From: Candidatus Woesearchaeota archaeon
GTDB taxonomy: Archaea; Nanobdellota; Nanobdellia; Pacearchaeales; GW2011-AR1
Length of the DNA: 64,000 bases
Reading direction: 5' to 3'
NCBI GenBank assembly: GCA_964575515.1
Contig: CAZNQS010000001.1
Coordinates: forward strand, 5,403-69,402
Positions 1-9,217 of this stretch are shown piece by piece. Numbering within the stretch: the stretch's first letter is position 1; the number at the start of each line of letters is the position of its first letter. The notes under the pieces were generated by a model. That model worked only from the letters and a program-made list of their open reading frames with translations, was not told the DNA's origin and ran no database searches. A program made the position numbers and the translations under genes.

Positions 1-614
1 TTAGTGAATTTCTTTAAATTCAGCAAACTGTTTAATTTTCTTATTTCAGCTGCAATCTCATTTTTCACTGTTTTCTCCTTTTTTAAATGGAGTGTTTTCA
101 GCTGAAAATCAAGGTTTTCTATTTTCTTCTCTAAATATTCTGTATCGCCAACATCTTTTATCTTAACATCTAAGTATTTCTGCAGGGAATCCAGGCTTAT
201 CCCCAAATCCTTGGCAATGCCTATCGCGCTTATGTAATTATGGCAATTGGTGCTGGAAATCTTCAGATAGCGATGCATGACTACTTTTGCGTCATCAGGG
301 GTAAGAATGTTAAATTTTGTATCAATCCCTATTTTTGCCCCGTATTCTTTCAATAAATCTGCTGAAAAGCCATGAAAGGTTCTAATTATTGGCTCTTCGT
401 CTTCAGAACTTAATACTTTTCTCACTCTATTCAGTAAATTGTTTGCCGCTTCATTAGAGAAAGCTATACAAACAATTCTGCCTGGCCTGTATATTTTATT
501 ATTCACAAGATATTTGACCTTTTCAGCAATAGTGTAAGTTTTCCCTGTACCGGCACCTGCAAGAATAACACACGGCCCAGAAACCTTCTCTATTGCTTCT
601 TTTTGTGCATTCAT
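1..614 (-). CDS. UvrD/PcrA/Rep-family SF1 DNA helicase, N-terminal part (ORF runs off the left edge)
   Basis: Own translation from the ATG at 614: MNAQKEAIEKVSGPCVILAGAGTGKTYTI..CIAFSNEAANNL..IIRTFHGF. It has Walker A AGAGTGKT, motif Ia FSNEAA and a TFH motif. There is no stop before position 1. It is absent from the supplied ORF track. Confidence 0.7.
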   Translation of the reverse strand, partial: MNAQKEAIEKVSGPCVILAGAGTGKTYTIAEKVKYLVNNKIYRPGRIVCIAFSNEAANNLLNRVRKVLSSEDEEPIIRTFHGFSADLLKEYGAKIGIDTKFNILTPDDAKVVMHRYLKISSTNCHNYISAIGIAKDLGISLDSLQKYLDVKIKDVGDTEYLEKKIENLDFQLKTLHLKKEKTVKNEIAAEIRKLNSLLNLKKFT

Positions 615-646
615 TCAAATTATTAAAAAATAGGAGATTAAAAATA

Positions 647-1048
647 TTACTGCAATAATCTTTTTAATTGATTAAGATAAAAATCAGCAATAGCAGTAGC
701 TATTGCAGGAGCATAATTATTTCTTGTTAACTCATCATAAGTTAAACCTGCCATATTTAATGCGGAATCAGATTGATAAAAACCCCTAATAAGATCTCGC
801 AAATTATTCATATCCATCATTCTAGGCCTATCTCTTTCACGATCTGCTACACAATCAATGCGGCTCTTATAAAGAGTAAAATAATAAATTGCTTCGTTCC
901 ATATACTATTTTGTTCTCTCGCGTTCATTGAGAAATATCTCTCTATATCAGGGCCTATTTTACGAAAACTTGGGTCCTCTAAAGTAAATCCCTTTATTAT
1001 TCCAATACTTTTCTTATTTTTTTCCATATAATTATCTGACGCAGGCAT
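647..1048 (-). CDS. hypothetical protein
   Basis: 133-aa ORF with normal composition and no recognisable motif. Confidence 0.4.
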   Translation of the reverse strand: MPASDNYMEKNKKSIGIIKGFTLEDPSFRKIGPDIERYFSMNAREQNSIWNEAIYYFTLYKSRIDCVADRERDRPRMMDMNNLRDLIRGFYQSDSALNMAGLTYDELTRNNYAPAIATAIADFYLNQLKRLLQ

Positions 1049-1110
1049 TTATAAATATTTCTATTGTTACCACTAAAAAATCGGTAAATTAATTGTTTCT
1101 CAAAAAACCT

Positions 1111-2319
1111 TTAGATAATCCTTCCGTGCCCAATCAATCTCCAGTGCCCCTGGATATTTCTTGCAATTCCTGCATTGTCTCCTTTAAATGTAACAATGGG
1201 AACTTTCAGTGAAATATCCAGCTCATCACCCCCAAGATGGCTGACGGCCCCTCCTGTAGTGGAAGTATTTATGCTTAACAGCAATACTTCTGATAGCTTT
1301 ATAGGACCAACAGCTATTTTTTCGTTAATGCCAAAAACCTCGTTAAACAGCTTATACTCAAGTTTAATCTGCTGCGTTAATTCGGGCAATTTTCCTTTTA
1401 TTGAAACAACATTTCCCGCCAAAGCGTCGTTCTTCCCAAGCCCCATGTCAAGCTCTGTCTCAATAGACATGCTCCCTCCAGGAGTTAGTGCAGGAACTTT
1501 TTTGCTGCCCCTGAATAAATTAATGACTCTTGTTGTAATAGTCTCAAATCTATATTTATTTGCCTCTTTCACAACTCTTCCTGGCTTGATTTCTATTTCG
1601 TCGCCAACCTTCAGCACTCCGCGCTTTAACGCCCCCCCAAGCACAGCCCCATGCAATTCCCTTGGCTCAGTTCCCGGCCTATTAATATCGAAACTCCTCG
1701 CTATTAAAAAATAAGGGTCTCCACTTTTATCTCTCTTAGGAATAGGTATCTCGCAAAGAGATTTCCATATTAAATCAATATTCACACCTTGTTGCGCAGA
1801 TACAGGAATAATAATAGCATCGTCGTATTTCCCCTTTAAAAAATCCCTTATCTCGTCATAATTCTCCTGGGCTCTTTTCTCATCAACCAAATCTATCTTG
1901 TTTTGGACAACAATCAGATGTTTAATGTCCTTAACTTGTAATGCAACTAAATGCTCTCTTGTCTGTGGTTTAATGCCCTCATTCGCTGCAATGACAAGCA
2001 AAGCAATATCAATCAATGCAGCCCCTGAAAGCATTGTTGCCATTAACATCTCATGTCCGGGAGCGTCAATAAAAGACAACTCTCTTACTTTCTTTCCTTT
2101 TCCAGAAATATTATAGCCCTCTTTCTCGTCATAATAAATAATCGCATCTGCATACCCCAGTTTTATAGTAATTCCCCTTTTCAATTCCTCGGAATGCGTA
2201 TCTGCCCATTTCCCGCTCAGCCTCTGCAATAAAGTTGTTTTCCCGTGGTCAATATGCCCGACTAATCCAACATTCAAAATGTTATTCTCATTTTCTGCCA
2301 AATCTTTATTTTGTGCCAT
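1111..2319 (-). CDS. eif2g: translation initiation factor aIF2 gamma subunit
   Basis: GTPase motifs VGHIDHGKTTL, DAPGHE and NKID, with the length and domain II/III layout typical of aIF2-gamma. Confidence 0.93.
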   Translation of the reverse strand: MAQNKDLAENENNILNVGLVGHIDHGKTTLLQRLSGKWADTHSEELKRGITIKLGYADAIIYYDEKEGYNISGKGKKVRELSFIDAPGHEMLMATMLSGAALIDIALLVIAANEGIKPQTREHLVALQVKDIKHLIVVQNKIDLVDEKRAQENYDEIRDFLKGKYDDAIIIPVSAQQGVNIDLIWKSLCEIPIPKRDKSGDPYFLIARSFDINRPGTEPRELHGAVLGGALKRGVLKVGDEIEIKPGRVVKEANKYRFETITTRVINLFRGSKKVPALTPGGSMSIETELDMGLGKNDALAGNVVSIKGKLPELTQQIKLEYKLFNEVFGINEKIAVGPIKLSEVLLLSINTSTTGGAVSHLGGDELDISLKVPIVTFKGDNAGIARNIQGHWRLIGHGRII

Positions 2320-2359
2320 TAGCTTTCTTAGAAATATGTGTTTTAAAATCTATTGATAA

Positions 2360-2788
2360 CTAAACTGCAACCTCTACTTTTTCCTCAATTTTCTTTTCGG
2401 CTTTTTCAACAGCCCTATTCTGCTCTGGAAAAATCTCGCTTAATTTTCTTTTACCTTCTTTGATAACCTTCATATTAATCTGAACTACTTTATTGGAAAT
2501 AGTTTTTCCCCTGACAGTTTTCCTTAATCTAACTCCCTTCCTATTATCGTTCATTCCCCAGCCTCTTGCAAACAAAACTCTTTTCAAGCCAATTCCCTCA
2601 ACATCTTTATATAATGGAAATCCTGAAATGTCGCTCCCTCCTGTAATCCCAAGTTCATATCCCTCAAGCTCGTTCCCAAGCTCCTTGCCGTCAAATTTAT
2701 CTCCGACAGAAAGCCCAACTAAGAATTCGGCATCTTTCTCCATTCTCCATGCCTTTCCCTTGTCTCCTATAATTATCTTAAATGCCAT
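2360..2788 (-). CDS. rps6e: 30S ribosomal protein S6e
   Basis: MAFKIIIGDKGKAW..GFPLYKDVEG..KRVLF..RKTVRG is S6e-like. The start is moved to the internal ATG at 2788, which sits 23-30 nt downstream of the TATA-like atttaaaa (2811-2818). Confidence 0.88.
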   Translation of the reverse strand: MAFKIIIGDKGKAWRMEKDAEFLVGLSVGDKFDGKELGNELEGYELGITGGSDISGFPLYKDVEGIGLKRVLFARGWGMNDNRKGVRLRKTVRGKTISNKVVQINMKVIKEGKRKLSEIFPEQNRAVEKAEKKIEEKVEVAV

Positions 2789-2983
2789 GTTTCTCACAAA
2801 GAAAATGGGTTTTTAAATCTTCACTTGGTTTTAGCCAAGTGAATGAGTCAGAGATTTTCAATCTTTGAAACTTTTCTTACAACTGCAACAAAGAGTTATT
2901 CGATTGATGTTAACAAAAATGCTCAAATTCTACATATCCTGAAAGTAGGGCATAGAAAAGATATTTATGAAAATTAGGAATAA

Positions 2984-3379
2984 TTATTCTAAAAACATCA
3001 GCTTATAGCGAGGCCAATGCACTGCTAAAAGATAAACATGTAAAATAACAAATATAAGAGCCATCCACCATCCCATAAAATCAAGAAATACATGAAACAG
3101 CACTATATTAACAGTTACGGGGGCTAGTAAAATCGCTCCAAATGCGGACCATTTGTTGAATATGAACATCACACCAGACAAAACAAAAATTATTGATATT
3201 AAATGAAACACATATCCTGTTGCAAATAAAGCTCCTAAAAATGCTAGTCCTGCCTCGTTATATGACAGTGTAGGAAGAGTAACTATATAACCAATCACCC
3301 CAAAAAATAATAGATACAATCCAAAAAGAATCTGGACAGTCCTGACAAGTTTTCTGTTTCTAAGATTCATGAATAACAC
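2984..3379 (-). CDS. integral membrane protein (about 4 TM helices)
   Basis: 131 aa with four hydrophobic segments. Confidence 0.5.
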   Translation of the reverse strand: MLFMNLRNRKLVRTVQILFGLYLLFFGVIGYIVTLPTLSYNEAGLAFLGALFATGYVFHLISIIFVLSGVMFIFNKWSAFGAILLAPVTVNIVLFHVFLDFMGWWMALIFVILHVYLLAVHWPRYKLMFLE

Positions 3380-3400
3380 AAAATAAAAGATTATTTAAAA

Positions 3401-3498
3401 CTATAGTCAAGGACTTTAATAATTGAACAGTTCTGTCCTTGACTATCAAGGGAAAGACATACATTTTTGTTCAATTACTTATGTCTTTCACTATAACT
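3401..3498. repeat. ~98-nt double-hairpin element, copy A
   Basis: 12-bp stem 3403-3414/3435-3446 and 9-bp stem 3452-3460/3481-3489, each with a 20-nt loop. A second copy lies at 22072-22168. Confidence 0.7.
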
Positions 3499-3512
3499 AA
3501 AATTTCAAATTA

Positions 3513-3911
3513 TCAATAACATTCTACTTCTAACCCTTTAATTCTTTCAAAATGCCTTACATCTCTCGTAATCAACTTCTCGCCATTGTGTTTTGCTATT
3601 GCACCGATCATAATATCCTCAATCTGAACTTTCTCCCCTTTTTTTGTTAACTCTGCTTCAATCTCCCCGCTTTTTATGGCGCTATCTTTATCTAAATCAA
3701 GAATAATTAAAGAAGAGATAAATTCAATTACTTTTTCCTTTTCATTTTCAATTCTTGGAGTTAAAATAGAACCACTAATCAATTCGATAATAGTTGGAGC
3801 ACTAATAGTTAAGACTTCCCTATTTCTCTCAAGAAGAGCTAATTTCTCTTTTGCCTCTTTATTAATTCCTCGCAATAAATCGATAGCGAAAGTCGTTTCT
3901 AAACATACCAT
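3513..3911 (-). CDS. vapC: PIN-domain toxin, VapC-like
   Basis: 132 aa with an N-terminal LETTFAIDLL, acidic residues spaced as in PIN domains, and a 1-nt overlap with the upstream small antitoxin-like ORF. Confidence 0.78.
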   Translation of the reverse strand: MVCLETTFAIDLLRGINKEAKEKLALLERNREVLTISAPTIIELISGSILTPRIENEKEKVIEFISSLIILDLDKDSAIKSGEIEAELTKKGEKVQIEDIMIGAIAKHNGEKLITRDVRHFERIKGLEVECY

Positions 3912-4159
3912 TAACCATTCAACTCCTTTGAAATGCGTTTAATTCTTTCTGCTCTTTCTTTTCTGTGCTTTTCTCTCAATATTTTTATATTATTTTCTAA
4001 TTCTTCTCCTGCTTCTTTGCTTAATATGCCAAAAAAATCACTTAATTTTCTCTTCCCAGTTATTTCTAAGATTATCTCAGAAAAACTTTCGTTTTCCTTT
4101 CTCAAATTAGCCAATCTTTTATATGCTTCTTCAGTTATTGAAATATTCTTGGTTGCCAT
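3911..4159 (-). CDS. vapB: VapB-type antitoxin (small coiled-coil protein)
   Basis: MATKNISITEEAYKRLANLRKENESFSEIIL.. The ATG at 4159 was chosen because a TATA box and a palindrome lie directly upstream. The longer track ORF to 4258 reads through the promoter. Confidence 0.7.
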   Translation of the reverse strand: MATKNISITEEAYKRLANLRKENESFSEIILEITGKRKLSDFFGILSKEAGEELENNIKILREKHRKERAERIKRISKELNG

Positions 4160-4160
4160 A

Positions 4161-4178
4161 CCCACACATATGTGTGGG
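4161..4178. promoter_or_regulatory. perfect 18-bp palindrome between the TATA box and the vapB ATG (putative operator)
   Basis: cccacacatatgtgtggg. The TATA-like aaatatataaa (minus sense) lies at 4181-4191. Confidence 0.55.
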
Positions 4179-4265
4179 TATTTATATATTTTTCGGATTT
4201 TTCCTATAACTATATAATAGTAACAAATAGAAAGATTTAAATAGTCCTGTATTAACAAGATTATT

Positions 4266-4580
4266 ATGCACAGACAAAATCCAGAAATGATGAAAAAACA
4301 AAGAAAATCTGCACTTAGAACATTATATAGATTAAGTAAAGAATGTTCTTCTAATGAGAGTTATTTTACAGGCGAATGTATTAGCGAACATTGGTTGTAT
4401 GAAGAGCAACATGGAAATATAAAAGAAGCAAGAAGAGCAGGTATGGTTTGCAGACATGACATACAAGAATTATTTGATCAATATATTCAAGCTGGATTAA
4501 TAAAGAGAGTTCTAATCGGTAATACTACAGGTTATAGAGTAGATTTAACTAAAGAAGATAAAATAAGAGAGCTATTATAA
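4266..4580 (+). CDS. hypothetical protein
   Basis: 104-aa ORF preceded by the 37-nt promoter module (4207-4243). Confidence 0.4.
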   Translation: MHRQNPEMMKKQRKSALRTLYRLSKECSSNESYFTGECISEHWLYEEQHGNIKEARRAGMVCRHDIQELFDQYIQAGLIKRVLIGNTTGYRVDLTKEDKIRELL

Positions 4581-4587
4581 AAATCAT

Positions 4588-6291
4588 CTAAAACTTCTTA
4601 ATCCTCGCAATCTCGTCCAAAATTCTCAACTCATTATCAGACAACAAATCCTTATTTTTCTTGAAATTCTTGAAATCACTGGCGCTGATATCAGAATACA
4701 AATATTTCTTATCGCCCAAGCGCCTTTCAAAATTCACTCCTGGCAAGGAAACTGCCAATTCCTCTCCATCTTTAGCTTCAAGAATTTTCTCTTTCTCTTT
4801 CTGTAAACCCTTCACTCGAGCAACTTTCTCTCCGCTCTCGTCAATCAAAGGCAGTCCAATTTTAATCCTGCCTCCCAAAACTCTAACTCCAAAAATCGCT
4901 GGATTTAAATTTCTAAAAACAAAGTTATGCAAAATCTCTAATTTGCAAATGCTCGCAAGTTCCATTAATCTACCCTTTTCTATCTCCTCCTGTCTTTTTT
5001 TACGCCATTCTTGTAAATTCTCAATCAGCTTATAAATAACTTCATCAACTAATATTTTAACATTCCCACTTTCCACATTCTCCTCAATAGGAACATTAAA
5101 TCCAATCACAATCGCATCCAAAGGAGCTATCTCAAAATTAGCCTTAGCAGAAATAATATCGCCCTTACTTATAGGCCCTATCCCAGCTTTAACAATCCTA
5201 ATATTTTCTGCCCTTAACAAACTAATCAAAGCATCCAAACTTCCAAGCGAATCCGCCTTGACAATTATACCCTGCTTATCCAACTCCAAAGCACGGGATA
5301 ATTCCTTTCTGAATATTCTCTTTAACTCGTCAAGATTATTATTAAATTTCTGAAAAGGCATTCCTGGAAGAACGCCCTCTTTATTTGTTAAATGAATTCT
5401 GATTCCAGAAGCAGCATTAGCACTTTTAACAGATTTGTATCTGAAAGATAAAGGCTCAATCTCCTCTAATGCCCTTACTTTTGATACAATAGGCTCTGAA
5501 AAACTAGCAATGACAATCTCATCTCCAATTTTTAATGCCCCATCATATAAAATAGACTCAATATAATTAATAGCTTTCTCTTTTTTTATTTCCAATATGA
5601 TGCCCTTGGCTTCATTAGAAATTTCCAATCTTTCCTTTAAGAATTTCTGGCATAAGCCGCATAACACCAGTAACAATTCAGCAATGCCCTCTCCAGTCCT
5701 TGCAGAGCAGGGAACAATTGCAACGTTTTTCCTAAAATCATAAATATCATAATATAAACCAGAGTCAAAACCATGCCCATTCAATGCTTCCTGAAAAGCC
5801 AGCAGCGCCTCCTGAAATTCCTGGCTGACATGAATTACCTGATTATTAATAGAATCCCTTAAACTGCCAGGATGATATCTCCAGCCAGAAATTGAATCAA
5901 TCTTATTCAACGCAATCAAAAATGGAGTTTTATATGCCTTCAAAATCTGCAAAACCTCTGCAGTTTGAGGCTTGATTCCCTCCTTAATACTAACCACTAA
6001 GATAGCCAAATCTGCTAAAGAGCCTCCTCTCTTTCTCAAATTAGTAAAAGCAGCATGCCCCGGCGTGTCAATAAACAAAAATCCGGGAATGTCAAGCTTA
6101 ACGTTTCCTGCATCAATCAAGGGACAGGCCTTTCTAATCTGCTCTAAAGGATATTTAGTATAAGATATCTTCTGCGTTATTCCGCCAGCCTCTCCTTCTT
6201 GAATAGATGTTCCTCTAAATCTGTCAAGTAGCGATGTTTTTCCGTGGTCTACATGCCCCACTATAGTAACTATTGGTTGTCTGATTTTCAT
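4588..6291 (-). CDS. infB: translation initiation factor aIF5B (IF2-like GTPase)
   Basis: VTIVGHVDHGKTSLLD, DTPGH and NKID motifs, 567 aa with the aIF5B four-domain length. Confidence 0.92.
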   Translation of the reverse strand: MKIRQPIVTIVGHVDHGKTSLLDRFRGTSIQEGEAGGITQKISYTKYPLEQIRKACPLIDAGNVKLDIPGFLFIDTPGHAAFTNLRKRGGSLADLAILVVSIKEGIKPQTAEVLQILKAYKTPFLIALNKIDSISGWRYHPGSLRDSINNQVIHVSQEFQEALLAFQEALNGHGFDSGLYYDIYDFRKNVAIVPCSARTGEGIAELLLVLCGLCQKFLKERLEISNEAKGIILEIKKEKAINYIESILYDGALKIGDEIVIASFSEPIVSKVRALEEIEPLSFRYKSVKSANAASGIRIHLTNKEGVLPGMPFQKFNNNLDELKRIFRKELSRALELDKQGIIVKADSLGSLDALISLLRAENIRIVKAGIGPISKGDIISAKANFEIAPLDAIVIGFNVPIEENVESGNVKILVDEVIYKLIENLQEWRKKRQEEIEKGRLMELASICKLEILHNFVFRNLNPAIFGVRVLGGRIKIGLPLIDESGEKVARVKGLQKEKEKILEAKDGEELAVSLPGVNFERRLGDKKYLYSDISASDFKNFKKNKDLLSDNELRILDEIARIKKF

Positions 6292-6466
6292 TTTGTCCTC
6301 TCACGCAATATCTAAAAAGATAAGCTTTTTAATTCTATCTAAAAATACTAATATCTCCCTAAACTATATAGAATTTAGTAATTTAATAGTGGTAATAGAT
6401 AGAAAGGTTTATAACAAGAATTAACCATATAAATATATTAATAAAACAATACCGTCTAAACAAAAA

Positions 6467-7162
6467 ATGCAAAAACAAGAAATTATTAAGCTGGAAAGTA
6501 TAGAAAAAGATTACAGCATTGGCAACACGATAGTAAAAGCATTAGCTGGAATCAATCTCTCAATAAAAAAAGGCGAGTTCATAGCAATTATCGGTCCTTC
6601 GGGAAGCGGAAAAAGCACTATAATGAATATGATAGGTGCATTAGACATCCCGACAAAAGGCAGGATATTTTTAGACAATAAAAACATTGCACATCTCACA
6701 GAATCAGAACTTGCTCAAATAAGAGGAAGAAAAATCGGATTTGTATTCCAAAATTTTAATCTAATCCCAACACTAACTGCTAAAGAAAATGTAGCATTGC
6801 CAATGTTATTCCAAGGCAAAAATAAAAAAGAACGCCTGAAAAAATCAGAAGAGATTTTAGAAATTGTTGGCTTATCAGAGAGAGCAGAACATCTCCCAAA
6901 CGAATTATCAGGAGGCGAGAGACAAAGAGTGGCAATTGCCAGAGCCTTAGCAAACAACCCTGAATTAATATTAGCGGACGAGCCAACAGGAAATCTGGAC
7001 TCAAAAACAGGAAAAGAAATAATCAACTTATTCTTAAAATTAAACAAAAAAGGAAAAACAATAATCCTTGTAACTCATAATCAAGAAATTGCCTCTCAAG
7101 CACATAAAATATTAAAAATGAAAGATGGAAGGATTGAAAATGCAAAAACACGGAAAAAATAA
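6467..7162 (+). CDS. ABC transporter ATP-binding protein (MacB/LolD-like)
   Basis: Walker A GPSGSGKST, signature LSGGERQR and Walker B ILADEPT. Confidence 0.9.
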   Translation: MQKQEIIKLESIEKDYSIGNTIVKALAGINLSIKKGEFIAIIGPSGSGKSTIMNMIGALDIPTKGRIFLDNKNIAHLTESELAQIRGRKIGFVFQNFNLIPTLTAKENVALPMLFQGKNKKERLKKSEEILEIVGLSERAEHLPNELSGGERQRVAIARALANNPELILADEPTGNLDSKTGKEIINLFLKLNKKGKTIILVTHNQEIASQAHKILKMKDGRIENAKTRKK

Positions 7163-8006
7163 GTTTATATTAATCCCTGCAATACTAATACTCAATATCC
7201 TTTTAGCGAGCGCCATATCAATAAGTTCTATATCAAGCTCCCCAGAACAAATAGCACCGGGACAAACAGCAACTATTTCATTAGAAATTGAAAATAATCT
7301 CAATGAAGACGCAGAAAATATACAGATAGCCTTAGATTTTCTATCTAATAATATACCAATAGCCCCACATTTATCAAGCTCAGAGCAAACAATAGAGGAA
7401 ATAAAAGAAGACAAAGAAGAATTTCTTGAATTTGATATTATCGTTCTGCCAGAAGCAAAATCAGGCGTGTATAAAATTCCTGTAAAAATATCCTACGAAA
7501 TAAACAACAAGAAAGACGAAAAAACAGGATTAATAAGCATCTTAGTTAACGCAGAGCCAAAAATAACTATCTCAGCTGAAAGCGCACTCATCAAGGGCGA
7601 AGAAAGTCAGGTTATAATAAGAATAATTAATGATGGTCTAACTGACGTTAAATTCATTAGTGTGGAGGCAATCAATCCACCAAGAGCAAAAATAAATTCA
7701 AAGACCTATGAATATATAGGAAATCTAGACAGCGACGACTTTGATACAATAGAATACTCTATATTCACAGAAGAAAATGCCCCATCACAAATAACAATCC
7801 CATTAATAATAAACTACAAAGACTCTTCAAATAAAGATTTCACAAAAACAGAATCAATAAAGCTTCCAGTTTATACAAAAAAAGAAGCGCAAAGCCTCGG
7901 GCTTATAGAAAAACCTAATTATACAATCTATATCGTCATAGCGGCTATTATCCTAATATTTATCGCATACAGAATAATAAAATATCTTAGAAAAAGAAAA
8001 CAATAA
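7125..8006 (+). CDS. secreted beta-rich protein with a C-terminal TM anchor (S-layer/CARDB-like ABC accessory protein)
   Basis: Signal/TM segment ILIPAILILNILLASA and a C-terminal TM followed by a basic tail. It sits between the ABC ATPase and the permease. An alternative ATG is at 7140. Confidence 0.5.
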   Translation: MEGLKMQKHGKNKFILIPAILILNILLASAISISSISSSPEQIAPGQTATISLEIENNLNEDAENIQIALDFLSNNIPIAPHLSSSEQTIEEIKEDKEEFLEFDIIVLPEAKSGVYKIPVKISYEINNKKDEKTGLISILVNAEPKITISAESALIKGEESQVIIRIINDGLTDVKFISVEAINPPRAKINSKTYEYIGNLDSDDFDTIEYSIFTEENAPSQITIPLIINYKDSSNKDFTKTESIKLPVYTKKEAQSLGLIEKPNYTIYIVIAAIILIFIAYRIIKYLRKRKQ

Positions 8007-9217
8007 TGAAAGACTACATCTCTTTTTCGCTCAATAATTTAAGAAGAAGAAGACTAAGATCCTGGCTTACTATGATAGGGATATTTATAGGAATTGCAAC
8101 AGTGGTTGCATTAATTTCAATAGGTCAAGGCCTTGAAAATGCGATTGAAGAGCAATTCCAAGAAATTGGCTCCAACAGAATAATTATAGAAGAAAGAGGC
8201 ACGCAAGGCCCTCCAGGAAGCGGGACAAGCAAATCAACTAAGCTGACAGATAAAGACCTGAATGTAATAAAAAATGTTAGGGGAGTTGAATCGGCAGCAG
8301 GAATAATAGTAAAAACTGCAAAAGTTGAATTCGATGAAGAGATAGACTTTGTTTTCGTATTCGGCTTGCCGCTAAACAAGGAAGAAAAAGAAATTGCAAG
8401 TTTTTTTGATGTCGAACAAGGCAGGGACTTGAAAGAAGATGACGGAAATAAAGCAGTTATTGGAATAAGACATACAGAAGGCAAGGTATTCAATAAAAAA
8501 GTTTCTATAGGCGACAAGATAAACATAGAAGGAGAAGATTTCAAGGTAATCGGCATTTTAGAAAGAATAGGTAATCCATTTGACGATTCAGCAATAATTA
8601 TAGATAAAGAAAAACTAAAAGAAATATATAACATTGATAATGAAGAAGATATAATTCACGCAAAAGTCGAAGACGTTAAGCAAATTGAACAAATAAAAGA
8701 GGATATAGAAAGAGAATTAAGGCGTTCAAGAGACGAAAAAGAAGGTCAAGAAACATTTCAGGTAAGAACATCCGAACAATTATTGCAGAGCTTCTCGAAT
8801 GTATTTGGAATTGTTCAGGCGGTTTTAGTTGGCATAGCTGCAATATCACTAATAGTTGGAGGGATTGGAATAGCTAACACAATGTACACTTCTGTCTTAG
8901 AAAGAACAAGAGAAATAGGAACAATGAAAGCAATTGGAGCTAAAAATTCAGACATTTTATTGCTGTTTTTAACAGAGTCAGGTTTATTAGGTTTAATAGG
9001 AGGGATTATTGGAGTTGCAATAGGCATTGGCCTAAGCAAAATAGCAGAATATTATGCAACTGTTTCATTAGGAACAAATCTTCTCCAAGCCTCAACAAGC
9101 CCATTTATTATAGGGGGAGCATTATTATTCTCATTCGTGATAGGCGCAGTTTCCGGGGTTCTGCCAGCAATGCAAGCCTCAAGATTAAAGCCTGTTGATG
9201 CCTTGAGGTATGAATAA
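8006..9217 (+). CDS. ABC transporter permease, FtsX/MacB family
   Basis: N-terminal TM, large extracytoplasmic domain, three C-terminal TM helices and the terminal motif LKPVDALRYE. Confidence 0.85.
   Translation: MKDYISFSLNNLRRRRLRSWLTMIGIFIGIATVVALISIGQGLENAIEEQFQEIGSNRIIIEERGTQGPPGSGTSKSTKLTDKDLNVIKNVRGVESAAGIIVKTAKVEFDEEIDFVFVFGLPLNKEEKEIASFFDVEQGRDLKEDDGNKAVIGIRHTEGKVFNKKVSIGDKINIEGEDFKVIGILERIGNPFDDSAIIIDKEKLKEIYNIDNEEDIIHAKVEDVKQIEQIKEDIERELRRSRDEKEGQETFQVRTSEQLLQSFSNVFGIVQAVLVGIAAISLIVGGIGIANTMYTSVLERTREIGTMKAIGAKNSDILLLFLTESGLLGLIGGIIGVAIGIGLSKIAEYYATVSLGTNLLQASTSPFIIGGALLFSFVIGAVSGVLPAMQASRLKPVDALRYE

Noticed and set aside
1175-1714. Long antisense ORFs inside well-supported genes. 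Examples are 1175-1714, 2493-2816, 4661-5035, 8125-8634, 10253-10579, 34781-35218, 45480-45812, 61266-61694 and 61797-62390.
   Set aside because: They lie opposite strongly conserved genes (aIF2-gamma, S6e, aIF5B, FtsX, PheRS, SerRS, GroEL). They translate to Ser/Leu/Phe/Ile-rich low-complexity strings typical of shadow frames in AT-rich DNA.
3415-3480. A kissing-loop/pseudoknot between the two loops of the double-hairpin element (aattgaaca in loop 1, tgttcaatt in loop 2 of copy A).
   Set aside because: The 9-nt complementarity is not preserved in copy B, so it is probably coincidental.
3911-4258. Long version of the vapB ORF (115 aa).
   Set aside because: The extra 33 codons read through the TATA box and the 18-bp palindrome. 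The conserved antitoxin-like sequence begins at the ATG at 4159.
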